Shown here: positions 36,941-43,170 of the stretch, piece by piece
Layout: each line of letters begins with the position of its first letter
How positions within the stretch are numbered: position 1 is the first letter of the stretch
Assembly (NCBI GenBank): GCA_050998315.1
Contig: JBPCQG010000116.1
Location: 1 to 43,170 of the forward strand
Length of the DNA stretch: 43,170 nucleotides
DNA from: Chitinophagaceae bacterium
GTDB taxonomy: Bacteria > Bacteroidota > Bacteroidia > Chitinophagales > Chitinophagaceae
Direction: 5' to 3'
Made by a program: the position numbers and the translations under genes
The notes under the pieces: model-generated
What the model saw: the letters and a program-made list of their open reading frames with translations, nothing else
The model's database searches: none
Told to the model about the DNA's origin: nothing

Positions 36941-39661
36941 ATGTTAACAGCATCAGAAGAACACCAGCTGCTGGTTGAGTTTAATCATACTGCATCAGAA
37001 TATCCTAAGGACAAAACCATTGTTGACCTATTTGAAGAACAGGCCGCAAGAACGCCTGCGGCAACAGCGTTGGTGTTTAAAGAAAAAGAGTTAACCTATA
37101 ACGAGCTCAACGAAAAAGCGAACCAGTTTGGGCATTATTTGAGAAGCAAGGGTATAATGGAAGAAATCCTAGTGCCTATTTGTATAGAACGCTCATTAGA
37201 GATGATCATTGGGATATTGGGTATTTTAAAAGCAGGCGCAGCCTATGTTCCAATTGAGCCTGATTATCCCTTAGATAGGATAAATTTCATGCTCGAAGAT
37301 ATCAGGGCTACAATAGTAGTTAGCAGCCAGCAAAGCAGTTCAAAACTACAAACTTCAGCAACTATTGAGCAAATACAAATAGATCCAGATTTGCGGGTTG
37401 TAAACACTCAACCGATAGAAAATTTACAAGTGGCAATCCAGCCACATCACCTGGCCTATATAATCTATACTTCCGGTTCTACAGGAAAACCCAAAGGGGT
37501 AATGATAGAACACACAAGCATTGTAAATTATTTATTAAATAGTAAGACAAAATATATAGGGGAAAAACAAGGGGGATCAGGGAGTTTTATACACCTGTCA
37601 TACACATTCGATGCTTCTCTAACCGCTATGTTTATGCCATTGTTATCAGGTAAGAAAGTAATAATCGGTTCACAACAAGCCTTGTTGATATTTGAAGACA
37701 GTAATCTTTGGAAATATGCGCCCTATGATTTCATTAAGATCACACCTTCGCATCTGGAATTACTAAGCCCAATATTAGAAAATGAAAATGGTAATTTGTT
37801 AACCAGCAAATTGGTGATAGGTGGAGAAGCTTTACGCCTTAGTCAATTTGATTACCTGGTAGAAAAAGGAATAGATGTAGAGGTTATAAATGAATACGGT
37901 CCCACAGAAGCTACGGTAGGTTGCAGTACTTACCATTTTAATACTTTAGGAGATAATGAAAAATTAAAAAATAATATATCTATTGGCAAGCCAATTGATA
38001 ATTTGCAATTATACATTTTAAATTCTCAAAACCAATTATTGCCCGTTGGAGTAATGGGAGAATTGTGTATAGGCGGACATGGAGTTGCAAGAGGCTATTT
38101 AAACCGTACTGATTTAACTGATCAAAAATTTATTCAAAATCCTTTTAGTACAACACCAGGATCAAGAATATACAAGACGGGAGACTTATGCAGATGGAAT
38201 GCGAATGGTAACTTAGAGTACTTGGGAAGAAAAGATGATCAGGTAAAAATAAAAGGTTATCGTATAGAGTTGGGAGAAATTGAATCAGCACTTAATCAAC
38301 ATCCCGGGCTACAGCAGGTAGTTGTAATGGCTCGTGGAGATTCTCCTAATAATAAAAGTTTGGTGGCTTACCTTATTCCAAAGGAGGGCCAAATGCCTGT
38401 TATAAACGATGTTCGGCACTTTCTGAGTAAGACGCTTCCGGAATACATGTTGCCTTCAATGTTCATTTTTATGGAAAGCCTGCCCTTAACTTCTAATGGA
38501 AAAATAGATCGTTCAGCTTTACCTGCTCCGGATAAACAGAGGCGGGAGCTGAGTAATACTTTTGTGGCCGCAGGGAATGCTTTGGAACTCAGGCTGAAAA
38601 AGATTTATGAGGAATCTCTGAATATTCATTCTATTGGTATTCATGATAACTTTTTCGATCTGGGAGGAGACTCTATGCATGCCGCTCAAATTTTTTCTAA
38701 GATCAGAAAAACTTTCGGCAAGCAACTTCCTTTAGCTATTTTATTTCAAGCCCCAACTATTAAGCAATTAGCTTCATATATTGAAAATGAAGTCTTAATT
38801 GCCCCATGGTCTTCATTGGTACCTATTCAGCCAAATGGTACTAAGCCGCCTTTGTTTTGTATGCATGCAGGAGCTGGAACCGTATTATTTTATAAAAGCC
38901 TTTCACTTCATTTAGGTCAGGATCAACCCATGTATGGATTACAAGCGAAGGGATTGAATGGAAATGAGACACCTCATTCCCGGATTGAAGCTATGGCTGC
39001 CCACTATATTAACGAGGTGCGTACTGTGCAACCCGAAGGCCCTTATTTACTGGGAGGTTATTGTTTTGGTGGAATTTTAGCGTTCGAAATGGCACAACAG
39101 ATAGTTAGTCAAAAACAAAAAGTAGCTGTGATTATTAACTTTAATGGAGTTTCGCCAACTTATACCCAGTCTTTGAATCTGCCTGTGGTAGAAGAGGAAA
39201 ATGATTTTGAAGGTGACTCTGCCCTACTCCTCAATAGAGAAAACGAGTATAAAAAGGAAATCTCGTTAAGTATAAAAAGGAAGATCTTTAATCTATTAAA
39301 AAAATTAATCAGTTATAAACTTCGGCTTAAAATAAAGAAGTTGGTATACAATTTTTATATTTTCCGCAATCGTCCGCTGCCTGAAGCACTGGGGAATTTA
39401 TACTTCTGGGAGACTAATGCTGATATAGTAAGAAGATATAAACCAAAGCCCTATCCAGGGAAGATGATTATTTTTCGCTCACCAGGAATTTATTCAGACC
39501 CTCATTTAGGATGGGATGGGCTTGTAACCGGTGGAATAGAGACTTTTGATATTCCCGGCAAACATCGGAATCGCAGAGAAATTATGAACGAACCATTTAT
39601 TCAGGATACAGCTGAAAGACTCAAACTTATCTTGGAGGGTGAGACAATTCAATCCATTTAA
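36941..39661 (+). CDS. NRPS, A-T-TE architecture (A domain Asn-like)
   Basis: YTSGSTGKPKG, NEYGPTE, YKTGD and NGKIDR motifs; PCP GGDS (38663-38674); TE GYCFGG. Confidence 0.93.
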   Translation: MLTASEEHQLLVEFNHTASEYPKDKTIVDLFEEQAARTPAATALVFKEKELTYNELNEKANQFGHYLRSKGIMEEILVPICIERSLEMIIGILGILKAGAAYVPIEPDYPLDRINFMLEDIRATIVVSSQQSSSKLQTSATIEQIQIDPDLRVVNTQPIENLQVAIQPHHLAYIIYTSGSTGKPKGVMIEHTSIVNYLLNSKTKYIGEKQGGSGSFIHLSYTFDASLTAMFMPLLSGKKVIIGSQQALLIFEDSNLWKYAPYDFIKITPSHLELLSPILENENGNLLTSKLVIGGEALRLSQFDYLVEKGIDVEVINEYGPTEATVGCSTYHFNTLGDNEKLKNNISIGKPIDNLQLYILNSQNQLLPVGVMGELCIGGHGVARGYLNRTDLTDQKFIQNPFSTTPGSRIYKTGDLCRWNANGNLEYLGRKDDQVKIKGYRIELGEIESALNQHPGLQQVVVMARGDSPNNKSLVAYLIPKEGQMPVINDVRHFLSKTLPEYMLPSMFIFMESLPLTSNGKIDRSALPAPDKQRRELSNTFVAAGNALELRLKKIYEESLNIHSIGIHDNFFDLGGDSMHAAQIFSKIRKTFGKQLPLAILFQAPTIKQLASYIENEVLIAPWSSLVPIQPNGTKPPLFCMHAGAGTVLFYKSLSLHLGQDQPMYGLQAKGLNGNETPHSRIEAMAAHYINEVRTVQPEGPYLLGGYCFGGILAFEMAQQIVSQKQKVAVIINFNGVSPTYTQSLNLPVVEEENDFEGDSALLLNRENEYKKEISLSIKRKIFNLLKKLISYKLRLKIKKLVYNFYIFRNRPLPEALGNLYFWETNADIVRRYKPKPYPGKMIIFRSPGIYSDPHLGWDGLVTGGIETFDIPGKHRNRREIMNEPFIQDTAERLKLILEGETIQSI

Positions 39662-39670
39662 AAAAGCTTT

Positions 39671-39907
39671 TTGGAACAAGATTCGTTACAGAGAAAGTAT
39701 AGCGGCAAAGTAATTTTATTTCAGGCAAGTGAAACATACGGATATAAAAATGATTCTCATATGGGATGGAGTGAAATATTTACCGGGGAAGTTAAAAAAT
39801 TCGTAGTCAACGGGGAACATTTAGGGTTGATGATTGATTCCGATTCAACAGCTCAAATTGCGAAAATTTTAAATACTGAGTTACTAAAAATAAATCCTGA
39901 CCAATAG
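39671..39907 (+). pseudogene. C-terminal fragment of a thioesterase domain
   Basis: YSGKVILFQA...GW......V....V.GEH resembles the tail of the preceding TE; TTG start; no GxSxG region. Confidence 0.6.
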
Positions 39908-40074
39908 AATAAAATTGGTCCGTTAATATTTATCTTCTCAACTCCGCTGTGCAAGACGATAAAATGTAGAATAATTGGCTTCTTAATAAATTTACTCAAT
40001 ACAGCTCAAATTAATTTGGAACACATAACCACCAAAAATTAATTTTTAAATGAGCGCCACATTAAAGGTTAAAC

Positions 40075-41718
40075 ATGTCTGAAAACCATCATCTCAAGGT
40101 CAGTTTGTGTGCTTCTTTTATTGTAGAACCTATTCAGGATTACCTCATCTACTGGAGTAAAGAATTTAAGATGAATATAAGCTATGATATTGCCCCATAC
40201 AACTTTGTATTTCAGCAATTATTAGATACACATAGCTCGTTCAATCAAAATGGAGGAATTAATATTCTCCTTATTCGTATAGAGGATTGGTTGAGAGATA
40301 AAAAAGATAGTTCCCCGTCTGAGCAGATCCATTTCTTAAATGAAACATATCAAACGTTTATTGATGCGATTACGCATTCCAGAAAGATTGCTATTGCTCC
40401 ATTTTTAATTGGGATTGTCCCTCTTTCACCATCTCATTACTTCTCATCTCAGACCGCTGCTCACATAGATGATTTAAACAGAAAGTTAATTGATTTTTTA
40501 AAGGACATACCCTCGTTTTATTTCATTGACCTTACTAAGATTGCTGCCCTATATAAGGTTGAAGAAATGTTCGACTCAGAAACGGATGAGTTGGGGCATA
40601 TGCCTTTTACACAGCAATACTATTCTGTTTTAGGCACTTATTTGTGGCGAAAAATACGTGCTTACAAAAGCCCTGCATATAAAGTAATTGCTTTGGACTG
40701 TGATAATACTTTATGGAAAGGTGTGTGTGGTGAAGAGGGTGCATTGAATGTAGTCATAGATAAAAATTATGTGTACATTCAGGAGTTTCTTTTAGAAAAA
40801 TACAATGAAGGATTTTTACTGGTTTTGTGTAGTAAAAATAATGAGAATGATGTGTGGGAAGTGTTTGATAAGCATCCCCAAATGAAGTTAAAGCAGGAAC
40901 ATATTACCGCTCACCGGATTAATTGGGATCCTAAGCCTCACAATCTTATTAGCTTATCCAAAGAATTGAATGTAGGATTAGATAGTTTTATTTTTTTAGA
41001 TGATAATAATTTTGAAATAGAGCAAGTTGCTCTTAGTTGTCCGGAAGTCCTTTCAATTAGTTTACCGGAAGATTCCGCTACCTTTTTTAGTTTTCTGGAT
41101 CATATTTGGGAATTCGATCTCTTTCAGGTTACCGAAGAGGATAAGCAGAGAAACAAAATGTACAAAGAAGAGAAGCAAAGAAAACAAGAACTGGTTAATT
41201 ACGATTATCTCAATGATTTTCTTAAGGATTTAAAAATTAGCGTAAACCTGGAACCCTTAACAGAAAAAGATTTGGACCGGGCCGTGCAATTAACGTTGAG
41301 AACTAATCAGTTTAATCTTAATGGTATTCAAAAAACACGTGAAGAAATAATAAAAGAAATACGTGAGAAAAATACATTTAATCAAATCATTGACGTGAAG
41401 GATCGCTTTGGTGATTACGGAATTGTAGGACTAATACTGGCAAAAAAAATTCAAAATACTTTGAATGTAAATACATTCCTCATGAGTTGCCGGGTATTAG
41501 GCCGAAATGTGGAAGAAATTGTGTTATCCGAGTTGAAAAAATATTGTTCAGGTGTCGGCATAGATTCTATTATAATGCACTTCAAGCCAACTTTAAAAAA
41601 TCGGCCCTTTGTTGAATTCCTGCGTCGTACAGAGTGGATTAAGGACGATCAAACAAATACATATAGTTTTCTGATAAAAGAAAAAAACCAATTATTGCAG
41701 CACACATATGAAGGATGA
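40075..41718 (+). CDS. FkbH-like HAD-IIIC glyceryl transferase/phosphatase
   Basis: LDCDNTLW.G, CSKN, INW..K, FLDD, RTNQFN, DRFGDYG and MSCRVLGR motifs. Confidence 0.92.
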   Translation: MSENHHLKVSLCASFIVEPIQDYLIYWSKEFKMNISYDIAPYNFVFQQLLDTHSSFNQNGGINILLIRIEDWLRDKKDSSPSEQIHFLNETYQTFIDAITHSRKIAIAPFLIGIVPLSPSHYFSSQTAAHIDDLNRKLIDFLKDIPSFYFIDLTKIAALYKVEEMFDSETDELGHMPFTQQYYSVLGTYLWRKIRAYKSPAYKVIALDCDNTLWKGVCGEEGALNVVIDKNYVYIQEFLLEKYNEGFLLVLCSKNNENDVWEVFDKHPQMKLKQEHITAHRINWDPKPHNLISLSKELNVGLDSFIFLDDNNFEIEQVALSCPEVLSISLPEDSATFFSFLDHIWEFDLFQVTEEDKQRNKMYKEEKQRKQELVNYDYLNDFLKDLKISVNLEPLTEKDLDRAVQLTLRTNQFNLNGIQKTREEIIKEIREKNTFNQIIDVKDRFGDYGIVGLILAKKIQNTLNVNTFLMSCRVLGRNVEEIVLSELKKYCSGVGIDSIIMHFKPTLKNRPFVEFLRRTEWIKDDQTNTYSFLIKEKNQLLQHTYEG

Positions 41719-43170
41719 CCTGTTAAATAAAGTCCGCACTTTCCGCACTGCAAACGATCTACTGTATTTATTGAACCCGGATGAAAAACATTCTGCAATA
41801 GTAAAAATTTGTCTTCCATCTAATGAGGATGAATCAACATTATATGCTATTTGGAAAAGCTTATTAGGGCATGATAATTTTGGAGTGAAAGATAATTTTT
41901 TTCAGGTTGGAGGCAATAGCTTAAAAGCCGTTCAACTTATTTCAAGAATATCCCGGGATTTTGCAGTTCAAATTCAACTAACAGAGGTATTCTTACAACC
42001 TACAATTGAACAACTGGCGCGTCATATACTCGCACAAAAGAAAGGTGAACTTCCCATTTCAATCTTTGGCTCACAACCAAGGCCTAAACATATTCCTTTA
42101 TCATTTAGCCAAGCGCAGCTTTGGTTTATTGATAGGTTAGAAGGCAGTGTACAATATCATATACCTGAGGTATTCAGATTAAGGGGACATCTGGATATCC
42201 ATGCTTTGGAATATGCCTTTCAGCAAATCATAAAGCGTCATGAAGTGCTCCGAACAGTGATTCGTGGTGAAGAAGGAAAGGAATATCAATTTATCAAGGA
42301 AAAAGATGTATGGCAATTAGGGATTATTGATGGTTCAGTCTATAAAGAAAATACGGAAGGTTTACAACTTTGCATAACAAATTTAATCAATTCACCATTT
42401 GATCTATCCAATGATGATATGATGAGGGGTAACCTGATCATTCTTGATGAACAGGAAAACATACTTGTTATAACGATGCACCACATTGCATCAGACGGCT
42501 GGTCAATAGCCATCTTGTTTAAAGAACTAACAGAGTTCTATTCTGTTTACATAAAAAAAGTCACCTCTGAGGTAGCGCCATTGTCGCTCCAATATGCTGA
42601 CTATGCTATCTGGCAGCGCCAACATTTGCAAGGTGAATTGTTTGACAAAAAGTTGCAGTATTGGAAACAAAAACTCCAGGGTGTAACTTCATTACAACTA
42701 CCAACCGATTTCCAAAGGCATGCAGAGCAAACCATTAATGGTGCTGGTATCCACTTCAAGATCGATCAAGATCTGGTAAAACAACTGCAGGAGTTGAGCA
42801 AACAACAGGGTGCCACTTTGTTTATGACGACACTTGCTGCCTTTAAAGTGTTGCTGTATAGATACACAGCGCAGGAGGATATATGCGTAGGCACTGCCAT
42901 TGCAAATCGCACCCGGCACGAAGTTGAAGATTTAATTGGTTTTTTTGTCAATACTTTAGCCCTGCGTAATGAAGTTAACGGAGAGACTTCTTTCACTGAA
43001 CTTTTGCAGAAGGTAAAGAAGACCACAATAGAAGCGTATGAAAACCAGGAAGTGCCTTTTGAAAAAGTGGTAGAGGCTGTAGTAAAGGAAAGAGACCGGA
43101 GCCGGAACCCCCTGTTTCAGGTAATGTTTGTTTGGCAAAATACTCCGGAAGTCTCTGATTTGCGATTAGG
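41708..43170 (+). CDS. NRPS beginning with T then C domain; runs off the window (absent from the ORF track)
   Basis: Hand translation from ATG 41708: FFQVGGNSL (PCP), LSFSQ..LWF, RHEVLRT, MHHIASDGWS, QYADYA.WQR, IGFFVNTL and PLFQVMF. Overlaps the FkbH gene by 11 nt. Confidence 0.93.
   Translation, partial: MKDDLLNKVRTFRTANDLLYLLNPDEKHSAIVKICLPSNEDESTLYAIWKSLLGHDNFGVKDNFFQVGGNSLKAVQLISRISRDFAVQIQLTEVFLQPTIEQLARHILAQKKGELPISIFGSQPRPKHIPLSFSQAQLWFIDRLEGSVQYHIPEVFRLRGHLDIHALEYAFQQIIKRHEVLRTVIRGEEGKEYQFIKEKDVWQLGIIDGSVYKENTEGLQLCITNLINSPFDLSNDDMMRGNLIILDEQENILVITMHHIASDGWSIAILFKELTEFYSVYIKKVTSEVAPLSLQYADYAIWQRQHLQGELFDKKLQYWKQKLQGVTSLQLPTDFQRHAEQTINGAGIHFKIDQDLVKQLQELSKQQGATLFMTTLAAFKVLLYRYTAQEDICVGTAIANRTRHEVEDLIGFFVNTLALRNEVNGETSFTELLQKVKKTTIEAYENQEVPFEKVVEAVVKERDRSRNPLFQVMFVWQNTPEVSDLRL

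Overview
Chromosomal segment of an AT-rich Bacteroidota genome, probably Chitinophagaceae (inferred from TAnnTTTG promoters, a T9SS sorting domain and gene content). From left to right: the 3' part of an IS4/IS50-like element; housekeeping genes (hmgA, rpe, rhomboid, DAACS symporter); a xylose operon (xylB-xylA-SSS transporter); and a pectin/hexuronate cluster (frameshifted GH105, uxaB, uxaA, uxaC, kdgK, eda, kduI, UxuB-type SDR, two YhcH paralogues). That cluster is interrupted by a ~3.3-kb insert bounded by a diverged duplicate of the uxaA 3' end. The insert carries a GC-rich DMFase-beta-like gene with both a Tat-like signal and a T9SS domain. After tRNA-Val(TAC) comes the most interesting part: polysaccharide export genes (wza, wzc) followed on the wzc strand by an NRPS cassette. 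The cassette has a CmlA-like diiron beta-hydroxylase, an Asn-type A-T-TE with a Cys-nucleophile thioesterase, an FkbH glyceryl-transferase, and a T-C NRPS that runs off the window. Intergenic DNA holds several small repeat families, one of which appears inserted in frame in xylB. All family assignments come from motif recognition by eye; no searches were run.
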